NCBI RefSeq assembly: GCF_008065095.1
Contig: NZ_CP042911.1
Location: forward strand, 6,510,001-6,542,000
Direction of reading: 5' to 3'
Length of the DNA: 32,000 bases
From: Gemmata obscuriglobus
GTDB lineage: Bacteria; Planctomycetota; Planctomycetia; Gemmatales; Gemmataceae
Each line of letters begins with the position of its first letter. Within the stretch, counting starts at the first letter, position 1. Under the pieces are notes generated by a model. It saw only the letters and a program-made list of their open reading frames with translations, made no database searches and was not told the origin of the DNA. A program made the position numbers and the translations under genes. Below are positions 6,737-17,291 of the stretch, in pieces.

Positions 6737-8701
6737 TCAGAGCTTGCCCTTAAAGAATACTGCGCCCAGGGGCGGCAAGTTCAGGAGTACGGAGTACTTC
6801 TGCCCGTGCATCGGGGAGAACTCGGCGTACACCGCGCCGGCGTTGCCCACGTTGCTGCCGCCGTACCCCGCGGCGTCGGTGTTCAGCACCTCGGTCCACG
6901 CGCCCGGCCCCGGCACGCCCACCCGGTACCCCAGGCGCGGGACCGGGGTGAAGTTGTACGCCAGCACGATCACGTCATCGCCCCGTCCCTTCCGCACGCA
7001 GACGATGACGCTGTTGGCGGAGTCGGTGCAGTCGATCCACTCGAACCCGCCCGGCTGGTTGTCGAGTTCGTGCAGCGCCGGCTCGCTCGCGTACAGCTTG
7101 TTCAGGTCGCGCACCACGGACTGCACGCCCTTGTGCGGCGCGTGCTGGAGCAGGTGCCAGTCGATGCTCTGGTCGTGGCGCCACTCCTGGCGCTGGGCGA
7201 TCTCGCCGCCCATGAAGAGCAGCTTCTTGCCGGTCATGCCCCACTGGTACGCGAACAGGAGCCGCATCCCGGCGAACTTCTGCCACTCGTCGCCGGCCAT
7301 CTTGTCCCAGAGCGGCCCCTTCCCCTGCACCACCTCGTCGTGGGACAGGGGCATCACGAAGCTCTCGTTGTACGCGTACAGCATCCGGAACGTGAGGTCG
7401 TTCTGGTGGTGCCGCCGGTGGATCGGGTCGAGCATAAAGTACCGGAGCGTGTCGTGCATCCAGCCCATGTCCCACTTGTACCCGAACCCGAGCCCGCCCA
7501 CGTATGTGGGGCGCGACACCATCGGCCACGCGGTGCTCTCTTCCGCGTACGTCTGCACGTCCGGGAAGTGCCGGTACACCTCCTCGTTGAACCGGCGCAG
7601 GAAGTTGACCGCGTCGATGTTCTCGCGCCCGCCGAACTGGTTGGGCACCCACTCGCCCGCCTTGCGCGAGTAGTCGAGGTACAGCATCGACGCCACGGCG
7701 TCGACGCGCAGCCCGTCGATGTGGTACTTGTCGAGCCAGAACAGCGCCGACGAGAGCAGGAACGAGCGCACCTCGTGCCGGCTGTAGTTGAAGACGTAGC
7801 TGCCCCAGTCCGGGTGGAACCCCTGCTTTGCGTCCGCGTGCTCGTACAGGGCGGTGCCGTCGAACCGCGCCAGCGCCCACGCGTCCGTGGCGAAGTGGCT
7901 CGGCACCCAGTCGAGGATCACCCCGATGCCGTGCCGGTGCAGCGTGTCTACGAGGAACATCAGGTCCTGCGGGGTGCCGTACCGGCTGGTGGCCGCGAAG
8001 TACCCGGTGGTCTGATAGCCCCACGACGCGAAGAACGGGTGCTCGGTGATCGGCAGCAGTTCGACGTGCGTGAACCCCATGTCCGCGCAGTACTCCGCGA
8101 GCTTCGGGGCCACGTCGCGGTAGTTGAGCGAGTGGTACGGCGGGTCCGCCTCACGCATCCACGAGCCCAGGTGCACCTCGTAAATGCTAACGGGCTTGTC
8201 GTGCCCGCTCTTGTCCTTCCGCTTCGCCATCCACTCCGCGTCGTTCCACTGGTAGCCCAGGTCCCAGGTGACCGCGGCCGCCTTCGGCGGGATCTCGCAG
8301 GTGAACGCGAACGGGTCGGTCTTCTCGGCCACGAAGCCCCCCGGCGCGGCGACGTGGTACTTGTAGCAGGTGCCACGGTTCACCCCGGCGACGAACCCGC
8401 CCCACACGCCCGACGACCCGATCGCCTTGAGCGGGTGAGCGCCGCGGTTCCAGCCGTTGAAGTCGCCGATCACGCTGACGTAGTCCGCGTTGGGCGCCCA
8501 CACCGCGAAGTGATACCCCGCCACGCCGTTCACGGTGGCGGGGTGCGAGCCGAGCTTCTCGTACAGCCGGATGTGGCTGCCCTCGTTGAAGAGGTACACG
8601 TCCTGCGGGCCGAACCACTCGTACTCGGTGGCCGGCGTCGACGCGGTTGCGGGCTCGGAGCCGAACGGGAGGAACTTGGGCGTCTCGTCGGCGTGGCTCA
8701 T
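6737..8701 (-). CDS. glgB: 1,4-alpha-glucan branching enzyme.
   Basis: 654-aa ORF with ATG at 8701. GH13 branching-enzyme motifs seen are HFAVWAPNADYVSVIGDFNGWN, GIGVILDWVPSHF, IDGLRVDAVASMLY, YAEESTAWP and SHDEVV. Confidence 0.95.
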   Translation of the reverse strand: MSHADETPKFLPFGSEPATASTPATEYEWFGPQDVYLFNEGSHIRLYEKLGSHPATVNGVAGYHFAVWAPNADYVSVIGDFNGWNRGAHPLKAIGSSGVWGGFVAGVNRGTCYKYHVAAPGGFVAEKTDPFAFTCEIPPKAAAVTWDLGYQWNDAEWMAKRKDKSGHDKPVSIYEVHLGSWMREADPPYHSLNYRDVAPKLAEYCADMGFTHVELLPITEHPFFASWGYQTTGYFAATSRYGTPQDLMFLVDTLHRHGIGVILDWVPSHFATDAWALARFDGTALYEHADAKQGFHPDWGSYVFNYSRHEVRSFLLSSALFWLDKYHIDGLRVDAVASMLYLDYSRKAGEWVPNQFGGRENIDAVNFLRRFNEEVYRHFPDVQTYAEESTAWPMVSRPTYVGGLGFGYKWDMGWMHDTLRYFMLDPIHRRHHQNDLTFRMLYAYNESFVMPLSHDEVVQGKGPLWDKMAGDEWQKFAGMRLLFAYQWGMTGKKLLFMGGEIAQRQEWRHDQSIDWHLLQHAPHKGVQSVVRDLNKLYASEPALHELDNQPGGFEWIDCTDSANSVIVCVRKGRGDDVIVLAYNFTPVPRLGYRVGVPGPGAWTEVLNTDAAGYGGSNVGNAGAVYAEFSPMHGQKYSVLLNLPPLGAVFFKGKL

Positions 8702-9304
8702 AGGTTCGCTCGGTCCGCGTGTTGTGACGGGAGATTAAAGGAAGAAGTACCGGATTCGCGGCCGACTCGCCACCCACCGGGCGCGCATCCCCGCAAAGAA
8801 GTCCGTTACACAGCAATGATTGTGCCGGAACGCCCTCGTCCCCACCCGCGGCACCCGTGCGGGCGACCGAACGAACCGCCAAAACCAGCAAAGTCGAGCT
8901 GTGCGAACGAATGCGTGCCGGTCATTCGACTCGTGAAGCGAGCGCCAACCACTTCACGGCTCTGCGCGACCAGCGGCAGATCGGATCGCGCGGATCTCGG
9001 GTTGAAGGTAAAGTAACCTCACACGCGTCACAACAATAAACGAATACACATCTAAATCAATTCCGCAAGTGGGTTCGGTACAGCCGGCACAATCGCCCCG
9101 AACTTCAGCACCGTCGCTCCCGCACGTTTGTGCGGTGATCGATTAATTTTCATTTCTGCGGGCTAGACGCAAACGAACCGAGCGGTTAGCCTCCTTTCGT
9201 GGAGTCTCGCTCTCCACCTTCTCTCCCGCCTTCCGCCCACCTTCTTCACTCGCCCCAACCCGGTTTCCGGGTCACGTTCCTTTCATTCGTGGTGAGGTGC
9301 GACT

Positions 9305-10285
9305 ATGCGCCGTCGCGGCTTTACACTGATCGAACTGTTGGTCGTGATCGCGATCATCGCGATCCTGATCGGGCTCCTGCTGCCCGCCGTTCAAAAGGTC
9401 CGCGATGCGGCGGCCCGGATGTCGTGCAGCAACAACTTGAAGCAGTTGGGGCTCGCGTCCCACAACTTCGTAACCGCCAACAACAAGTTCCAGGACGGGG
9501 CCTGGGCCACCGGCATCGCTTACGGCAACAACGACCTGAGCCGGCTGCTCCCGTACTTCGAGCAGGACAACATCGCCAAGATCTACAACTACAACCAGCC
9601 GTGGTGGGGCGACGCGGCGAACGTGACCGCCACCAGCAACCGCATCAAGTGCCTCATGTGCCCCTCGGACCCGCAGGTCCTCGGCAAGCCGGGCGGGTCC
9701 GAGCCGATGGGGCTCACCAGCTACCACGGCAACTCCGGCATCTGGTACGACCGCAGCGGGAAGGACGGGATGTTCGACGACCTGATGAACACCGGGCGCA
9801 CGGTCGAGAGCGTCACCGACGGGACCAGCAACACCGCCCTCTACGCAGAAGTCACGGCCGGATATCTGTCCGGCGGGGGCGGCGGCAAAAAGGGGGGCGA
9901 CTGCTTCGAGACCACGACCGCCCAGCCGTACCAGAAGCTCACCTGGGCTCAGCTCCAGGCGGGCCGCGCCGAAATCCTGTCCCGGGACTACAAGACCGCC
10001 TCGATCGCCGGCGGTTGGAGCCCGGCGTGGAGCTACAAGGGGTACCCGTATGTCGAGGGGTCGCCGTGGCGCACCTGGTACAACCACCTGCTGCCCCCGA
10101 ACGCGCCGTGCTGGCGCCCGGGCGACTGGTGGGCCATTGTGGTGCCCGCCAGCAGCTACCACACCGGCGGGGCCAACGTGTGCATGGCGGACGGGTCCGT
10201 GCGATTCGTGCGGGACGGGGTCGATCAGGACGCGTGGATGTCGTACGGCAGCCGCGCGGGTAGTGAAATCGGCACGCTGGACTGA
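9305..10285 (+). CDS. DUF1559-family protein with a prepilin-type N-terminal cleavage/methylation motif.
   Basis: ATG at 9305 preceded by GGTGAGG. The N-terminus is [55 protein letters not shown]. The C-terminal boxes are [11 protein letters not shown] and [10 protein letters not shown]. Confidence 0.92.
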   Translation: MRRRGFTLIELLVVIAIIAILIGLLLPAVQKVRDAAARMSCSNNLKQLGLASHNFVTANNKFQDGAWATGIAYGNNDLSRLLPYFEQDNIAKIYNYNQPWWGDAANVTATSNRIKCLMCPSDPQVLGKPGGSEPMGLTSYHGNSGIWYDRSGKDGMFDDLMNTGRTVESVTDGTSNTALYAEVTAGYLSGGGGGKKGGDCFETTTAQPYQKLTWAQLQAGRAEILSRDYKTASIAGGWSPAWSYKGYPYVEGSPWRTWYNHLLPPNAPCWRPGDWWAIVVPASSYHTGGANVCMADGSVRFVRDGVDQDAWMSYGSRAGSEIGTLD

Positions 10286-10321
10286 TCCGTTCCGAACGCA
10301 CCCCAAAACGAGAGGCAGCTT

Positions 10322-10486
10322 ATGCGACTGGTTCTGACCGCCGGCTTACTCGTCTTGGTTCTCGGCTGTGGGGCGAGTGAGCCGTCACAGCCGAAGCTGA
10401 GCGACGCGCAGGTGAAGGAAATCATGACCAAGGGTAAAGGCCAGGGCGACAAAGAGCGCGGCGGGCGCGGGGGACCGGGTAAGTGA
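10322..10486 (+). CDS. 54-aa lipoprotein with a Gly/Lys-rich tail, downstream partner of the DUF1559 gene. Absent from the ORF track because it is shorter than 60 aa.
   Basis: ATG at 10322, 36 nt after the DUF1559 stop, with GAGAGG 7 nt upstream; TGA at 10484..10486. Translation is MRLVLTAGLLVLVLGCGASEPSQPKLSDAQVKEIMTKGKGQGDKERGGRGGPGK, with an L-G-C lipobox. The architecture and position match the 412..579 gene. Confidence 0.6.
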   Translation: MRLVLTAGLLVLVLGCGASEPSQPKLSDAQVKEIMTKGKGQGDKERGGRGGPGK

Positions 10487-10492
10487 TCGGCA

Positions 10493-10626
10493 CAGGGCCA
10501 ACGCGTCTCAACGCGCTCAATTTCCGGCGTCTCTCGCCTTTCCGGTCCCGATCTCGGACCGATTACGTAAGGCGTTCAGCCGCAAACGTCCTGGAAAAAA
10601 GGCCACATTTAGGCGCGTTGGCCCTG
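10493..10626. other. Long-range 13-bp perfect inverted repeat enclosing about 108 nt; structured element of unknown role.
   Basis: CAGGGCCAACGCG (10493..10505) pairs with CGCGTTGGCCCTG (10614..10626). An internal imperfect hairpin, GGTCCCGATCTCGGACC, lies inside. On the minus strand a GGCCA/TGGCC stem (10623..10601) is followed by T6 (10600..10595). Confidence 0.4.
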
Positions 10627-10763
10627 GCGATCGAAAAGTTCAAGGGTCGGTCACGGGGCTACACGCGAAGACGAGTCCTATCCGGTTCTCAAAGGATGTG
10701 TCGAGGCTGAAGTGTTAAAGAAGGCCGAGATCCCAAATATTGCAGTGGTTGGCAAAAGCCCTG

Positions 10764-10800
10764 GACGAGAAACGCGAGCGGCCCGTGGTCACCGACCACG
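10764..10800 (-). terminator. 16-bp perfect hairpin immediately downstream of sdhA.
   Basis: GCGAGCGGCCCGTGGT (10764..10779), loop CACCG, then ACCACGGGCCGCTCGC (10785..10800). It lies 14 nt past the sdhA stop at 10815..10817. On the + strand it is followed by ATTTTCACTT, and on the - strand by GTTTCTCGTC. Confidence 0.7.
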
Positions 10801-10814
10801 GGCCGCTCGCATTT

Positions 10815-12731
<1,917 letters not shown>

Positions 12732-12816
12732 GGTGGTTCTCCGGCAAGCCCCGACCGCGTCGGCGGGGGTGCTGTGCGTGAGGATACGACGGGCGCCGCT
12801 CGGAATGTGGTGCGCC

Positions 12817-13611
12817 TCAGGCGCCCTTGTACAGAGGCGGGGCGAGGGTGCCCTCCCACACGCCGATCACGATCGCCAGGTTGCCCGCGAGGATCAGGGC
12901 CGCGACGGCGAACCCCACGAACCAGATCACGGGGGCGAACCGATTATTCTTCAGCCCGAGCGTCTGGAACGCGCTCTGGACGCCGTGCAGCAGGTGGACG
13001 AACAGAACGAGGTTGGCCACGATGTACAGCGCGCTCAGCCACGGGGTGCGGAACCCCGCCACCAGCATGCTGTACACGTCGTGCCGGCCCTTCGCGTCCT
13101 TCAGGTCGAGGTAGTTCACCACCTTGCCGGGCTCGACTTCGGCGCCGGACACGGCACCGAACGTGTAGTGCGCCAGGTGGAACAATATGAACAGGCCAAC
13201 CACCACGCCGCTGTAGATCATGGTGCGGCTGGCCGCGGTGGCCTGGACCCGCCCCGGGTACAGGTACGGCACCGGCCGCGCGGCCCGCGACCGCATGCTC
13301 AACCGGATCGCGAGGGTGAGGTGCAACAGGAAGATGCCGAGCAGCCCGGCCCGGGCGATCCAGATCAGGAGCCCCAGGTCGTGTTTCAGGAAGTACGCGT
13401 AGCCGTTGATCGCGTCCGGCCCGCTGAACACCTTCAGGTTGCCGATCATGTGGAACACGGCGAACCCGGTCAGCCCCAGCCCACTGAGCGCCACGATCAC
13501 CTTGGCGCCGACGCTGGAGTCGAACACCGCCCGGAGGAACGAGTTCGCCGCCGTGAGTGAGCCGTCTTTCTTGTCCTTGGGGTGCCGAACGGTGGAAGTC
13601 GAACCGGCCAT
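12817..13611 (-). CDS. sdhC: Succinate dehydrogenase cytochrome b subunit, b558 (Bacillus-type) family.
   Basis: 264-aa ORF with ATG at 13611, ending 85 nt upstream of sdhA. It has about five hydrophobic helices. The family-typical N-terminus is [31 protein letters not shown], and further conserved His residues occur in the helices ([25 protein letters not shown]). Confidence 0.88.
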   Translation of the reverse strand: MAGSTSTVRHPKDKKDGSLTAANSFLRAVFDSSVGAKVIVALSGLGLTGFAVFHMIGNLKVFSGPDAINGYAYFLKHDLGLLIWIARAGLLGIFLLHLTLAIRLSMRSRAARPVPYLYPGRVQATAASRTMIYSGVVVGLFILFHLAHYTFGAVSGAEVEPGKVVNYLDLKDAKGRHDVYSMLVAGFRTPWLSALYIVANLVLFVHLLHGVQSAFQTLGLKNNRFAPVIWFVGFAVAALILAGNLAIVIGVWEGTLAPPLYKGA

Positions 13612-13875
13612 TTGGCTGCTCGCGTGCCGTTGTGAGTGAGCGTTTCAAGGTATCTTACGTGCCCGGCGTCGGATCGCCCAAGAGCGCGCGATTGGCGCCC
13701 CAACGCCGGCGGGAAATTGACCGCAAGCGCGGCCGCGTGCGCAACCGTAACCGACCCGGGATCCCGCGGCGGCACCGCCCGCCCGGCGGACCGGGCGGTG
13801 CCGGCGGTGGTGTTGACGCCCGGCGCCGGGCCACGACAATTGGCACATCACGTTCGCTCTCAACCGGGACCCCTT

Positions 13876-16800
13876 ATGCCTCGATTCCTGCTGTTAGCAC
13901 TAACGGCGGTCGCGCTCGGCGCCGCGCACGCCCAGGCCGCGCCGGACGAAGCGCGGCTGCTCCGCTTCCCGGCCGTACACGGCGACCAGATCGTCTTCAC
14001 CTACGCCGGCGACCTGTACACCGTGCCCGCGGCCGGCGGCACCGCGCGGCGGATCACGTCGCACCCCGGGTTCGAGATGTTCCCGCGGTTCAGCCCGGAC
14101 GGCTCGCTGGTCGCGTTCACCGGCCAGTACGACGGCAACACCGAGGTGTTCGTGGTGCCGGCCGTTGGGGGCGAGCCGAAGCGGCTCACCTACACCGCCA
14201 CGCTCGGGCGCGACGAGGTGTCCGACCGGATGGGGCCGAACAACGTCGTTATCGGGTGGACCCCGGACGGGAAGAGTGTGCTGTTCCGGTCGCGGATGCG
14301 GTCGTTCAACGACTTCGTCGGGCAACTGTTCACGGTCCCTGTCGAGGGCGGGGTGCCGGAAGAGTTGCCGCTACCGCGCGGCGGGTTCGCCAGCTACTCC
14401 GCTGATGGCACGAAGCTCGCGTACAACCGCATCTTCCGCGAGTTCCGCACCTGGAAGCGGTACCGCGGCGGCATGGCCGACGACGTGTGGCTGTACGACT
14501 TCGCCACCAAGAAGACCGAGCAGCTCACCGACGACCCGGGCCAGGACATCTTCCCCATGTTCATCGGGGACAAGGTGTACTTTATCTCGGACCGCGACAA
14601 GAACATGCGGTACAACCTGTACTCCGTCGACCCGGCCACCAAGAAGACCGAGCGGCACACCGAGTTCACCGAGTTCGACATCAAGTTCCCGTCGGCCAGC
14701 AAGGACCAGCTTGTCTTCGAGAACGGCGGATACATTTACAAATTCGATCCGAAAACCGCTAAGGCCGAGAAGGTCACCGTTCGCATCCTGGAGGACCGCG
14801 CCGGGGCGCGAGGCGCGCTCACCGACGTGAGCAAGTCGGTCACCGCGTTCGAGGTCTCTCCCGACGGCAAGCGCGCGCTCTTCGCCGCCCGCGGCGACGT
14901 GTTCACCGTCCCGGCCGGCGACGGCGTCACCCGCAACCTGACCCGCACGCCGGGCGCTCACGACCGCAACCCGAAGTGGTCCCCGGACGGCAAGAGCGTC
15001 GCGTTCGTCTCGGACGCCACCGGCGAGGACGAGATCCACGTCGGCCCGGCCGACGGCAGCGCGCCCGCCAAGCCGGTCACCAGCGCCGCGGACACCTACA
15101 AGTACGAGATCCAGTGGTCGCCGGACTCGAAGAAGATCCTCTGGGGCGACAAGAAGCTCCGGCTCCAGTTCGTCGACGTGGAAACAAAGAAGGTCACGCT
15201 GGTGGACCAGGCGAAGGCGTGGGAGGTCCGCGACTTCACATGGTCGCCGGACTCGAAGTGGGTCGCGTTCGGCCGCCAGGAGGTGGACACGATGCCCAAG
15301 GTGTACCTGTACTCGCTCGAAACGACCAAGACGACCGCGGTGACCGACGGCTGGTACGCGTCGAACACGCCCACCTTCAGCGCCGACGGCAAGTACCTGT
15401 TCTTCGTGTCCGCGCGCGACTTCAACCCGGTGTACAGCAGCACCGAGTGGAACCACGCGTACCGCGACATGCAGCGCGTCTACTTCGTGGCCCTCGCGAA
15501 GGCCACGCCCAACCCGCTCAAACCGAAGCTCGATGACGAGCCCGCCGAACCGAAGAAAGACGACAAGAAGGATGAGAAGAAGGACGCCCCCGCGGTGAAG
15601 GTCGATCTGGACGGCCTGAGCGGGCGCATCGTCGCGCTGCCCGGTCCGGCGGCCAACTACGGCAGCCTGCACGCCGCCGGGAACGCGCTCTACTACCAGC
15701 GCAGCGCCAGCGGCAGCCCGGGCCAGCTGTACGTGTTCGATCTCGGCAGCCGGAAGGAAACCGCGCTCGGACCGGTCAGCGGGTACGAGGTCTCGGCCGA
15801 CGGGAAGAAGATGCTCGTCCAGAAGGACGGGAAGTACGGCGTCATCGACCTGCCGAAAGGCCCGATCGCGATCGGCGAGGCGCTGAACCTGTCCGGGCTG
15901 GAGGTGTTCCTCGACAAGAAGGCCGAGTGGAAGCAGATGTACGCCGAGTGCTGGCGGCAGATGCGGGACTTCTTCTACGACCCCGGCCTGCACGGCGTGG
16001 ACTGGGCGGCGGTGCGCAAGAAGTACGAGCCGCTGGTGGAGCACGTCGGCCACCGGGCCGACCTGAGCTACATCATCGGCGAGATGATCGCCGAGCTGAA
16101 CGCCGGGCACGCCTACATCGGCGGCGGCGAACTGCCGGAGGTGCGGAAGGTGCCGCAGGGGTTGCTCGGGGCCGAGTTCAAGCGCGACCCGCAGACCGGG
16201 TTCTTCCAGATCACCCGCGTGCTTCCGGGCGAGAACTGGGTCTCGAAGCGCCGCTCGCCGCTCACCGAGGTCGGCGTGAACGTCGCCGTCGGCGACTGGA
16301 TCGTGGCCGTGAACGGCCAGCCCACCGACGGCGTGAAGAACATCAACGAGCTGCTGGTGAACACCGCCGGCAAGCCGGTGGTGCTGTCGGTCGCGGCGAA
16401 GCCGGCCGCCGCGGGCGCGCGCCGGGTGGTCGTCACCCCGACGAGCGACGAGAGCGACCTGTACTACTACGCGTGGGTGCAGGCGAACATCAAGAAGGTG
16501 TCCGACGCGACCGACGGCAAGGTCGGGTACCTCCACGTCCCGGACATGCTCGCGACCGGACTGAACGAGTTCGCGAAGCACTACTACCCGCAGCTCAAGA
16601 AGCAGGCCCTGGTGATCGACGTGCGCGGCAACGGCGGCGGAAACGTGTCGCCGATGCTGATCGAGCGCCTGCGGCGCGAGGCCGCGATGGTGGGCATCGC
16701 CCGCAACGCCGAGCCGAGCATCGACCCGAACGGCACCTTCGTCGGCCCGCTGGCGTGCCTGCTGAACGAGTACTCGGCATCCGACGGCGACATCTTCTCG

Positions 16801-17118
16801 TACCGGTTCCGGCACTACAAGCTGGGGCCGCTCATCGGGAAGCGGAGCTGGGGCGGGGTGGTCGGCATCCGCGGCTCGCTGCCGCTCCTCGACGGCGGGT
16901 CGCTGAGCAAGCCGGAGTTCTCGCGCTACGACCTGGGCGGTAAGGAGTGGGTCATGGAGAACGTCGGCGTGGCGCCCGACATCGTGGTCGATAACGACCC
17001 GGCCAAAGAGTTCGCCGGTGAGGACCAGCAGTTGAACAAGGCGATCGAGGTGCTGCTGGCCGAGCTGAAGAAGAACCCGCCGAAGGTGATCGCCCCGCCG
17101 GCGTACCCGAAGCGGTAA
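13876..17118 (+). CDS. Tricorn-protease-like secreted peptidase: PD40/beta-propeller repeats, a PDZ domain and an S41 catalytic domain.
   Basis: Track ORF 13636..17118 trimmed to the in-frame ATG at 13876, which gives a signal peptide (MPRFLLLALTAVALGAAHAQA). The family-typical N-terminus is LLRFPAVHGDQIVFTYAGDLYTVPAAGGTARRITSHPGFEMFPRFSPDGSLVAF. Repeated SPDGK propeller motifs are present. The S41 core shows VIDVRGNGGGNVS, NEYSASDGDIFSY and KRSWGGVVGIRG. Confidence 0.92.
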   Translation: MPRFLLLALTAVALGAAHAQAAPDEARLLRFPAVHGDQIVFTYAGDLYTVPAAGGTARRITSHPGFEMFPRFSPDGSLVAFTGQYDGNTEVFVVPAVGGEPKRLTYTATLGRDEVSDRMGPNNVVIGWTPDGKSVLFRSRMRSFNDFVGQLFTVPVEGGVPEELPLPRGGFASYSADGTKLAYNRIFREFRTWKRYRGGMADDVWLYDFATKKTEQLTDDPGQDIFPMFIGDKVYFISDRDKNMRYNLYSVDPATKKTERHTEFTEFDIKFPSASKDQLVFENGGYIYKFDPKTAKAEKVTVRILEDRAGARGALTDVSKSVTAFEVSPDGKRALFAARGDVFTVPAGDGVTRNLTRTPGAHDRNPKWSPDGKSVAFVSDATGEDEIHVGPADGSAPAKPVTSAADTYKYEIQWSPDSKKILWGDKKLRLQFVDVETKKVTLVDQAKAWEVRDFTWSPDSKWVAFGRQEVDTMPKVYLYSLETTKTTAVTDGWYASNTPTFSADGKYLFFVSARDFNPVYSSTEWNHAYRDMQRVYFVALAKATPNPLKPKLDDEPAEPKKDDKKDEKKDAPAVKVDLDGLSGRIVALPGPAANYGSLHAAGNALYYQRSASGSPGQLYVFDLGSRKETALGPVSGYEVSADGKKMLVQKDGKYGVIDLPKGPIAIGEALNLSGLEVFLDKKAEWKQMYAECWRQMRDFFYDPGLHGVDWAAVRKKYEPLVEHVGHRADLSYIIGEMIAELNAGHAYIGGGELPEVRKVPQGLLGAEFKRDPQTGFFQITRVLPGENWVSKRRSPLTEVGVNVAVGDWIVAVNGQPTDGVKNINELLVNTAGKPVVLSVAAKPAAAGARRVVVTPTSDESDLYYYAWVQANIKKVSDATDGKVGYLHVPDMLATGLNEFAKHYYPQLKKQALVIDVRGNGGGNVSPMLIERLRREAAMVGIARNAEPSIDPNGTFVGPLACLLNEYSASDGDIFSYRFRHYKLGPLIGKRSWGGVVGIRGSLPLLDGGSLSKPEFSRYDLGGKEWVMENVGVAPDIVVDNDPAKEFAGEDQQLNKAIEVLLAELKKNPPKVIAPPAYPKR

Positions 17119-17140
17119 CGGTCGTTGGCGATGGGTGTAA

Positions 17141-17271
17141 AGTCAGAAGGGTGTTCACCGCAGAGGGCACGAGAGGGCGCAGAGAGAAGGCAGTAAAGAG
17201 AGTTGGTCTTCTCTCCCTTCGTCTCTTCTCTGCGCCCTCTCGTGCCCTCTGCGGTGAACACCCTTCTGACT
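17141..17271. repeat. 45-bp perfect inverted repeat (131-nt palindromic element) between the convergent peptidase genes; REP/MITE-like element or bidirectional terminator.
   Basis: The left arm at 17141..17185 is AGTCAGAAGGGTGTTCACCGCAGAGGGCACGAGAGGGCGCAGAGA. It is the exact reverse complement of 17227..17271. The 41-nt spacer has extra GAAGG/CCTTC pairing. The arms contain reiterated AGAGGGC units. Confidence 0.85.
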
Positions 17272-17291
17272 TCTCTCCGCGGTGAGAACCG

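Noticed and set aside
6617-9016. 799-aa + strand ORF opposite glgB, together with 6975..8024(-) and other overlapping frames.
   Set aside because: It has the same shadow-ORF character (runs of R, P, H, V, E). The glgB frame carries all the GH13 signatures, so the alternatives are not credible.
10483-10710. 75-aa + strand ORF downstream of the mini-lipoprotein, and a possible sdhB remnant in 10487..10814.
   Set aside because: The ORF is Arg-rich with no SD and coincides with the structured region. Neither strand encodes the Cys clusters expected of an Fe-S subunit, so there is no evidence for an sdhB pseudogene.
13636-13875. 80-codon N-terminal extension of the tricorn-like ORF.
   Set aside because: The extension is low-complexity and would bury the clear signal peptide that begins at the ATG at 13876. 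It also invades the divergent sdhC promoter region.
14371-16815. 814-aa - strand ORF opposite the tricorn-like gene.
   Set aside because: It is an antisense shadow ORF. The + strand frame has a signal peptide, SPDGK propeller repeats and S41 motifs.
16926-17261. 111-aa - strand ORF (MFTAEGTRGRREETKGEK...) spanning the 45-bp inverted repeat.
   Set aside because: It is an artefact of translating the palindromic element plus the antisense of the tricorn-like 3' end. There is no SD and the sequence is low-complexity.
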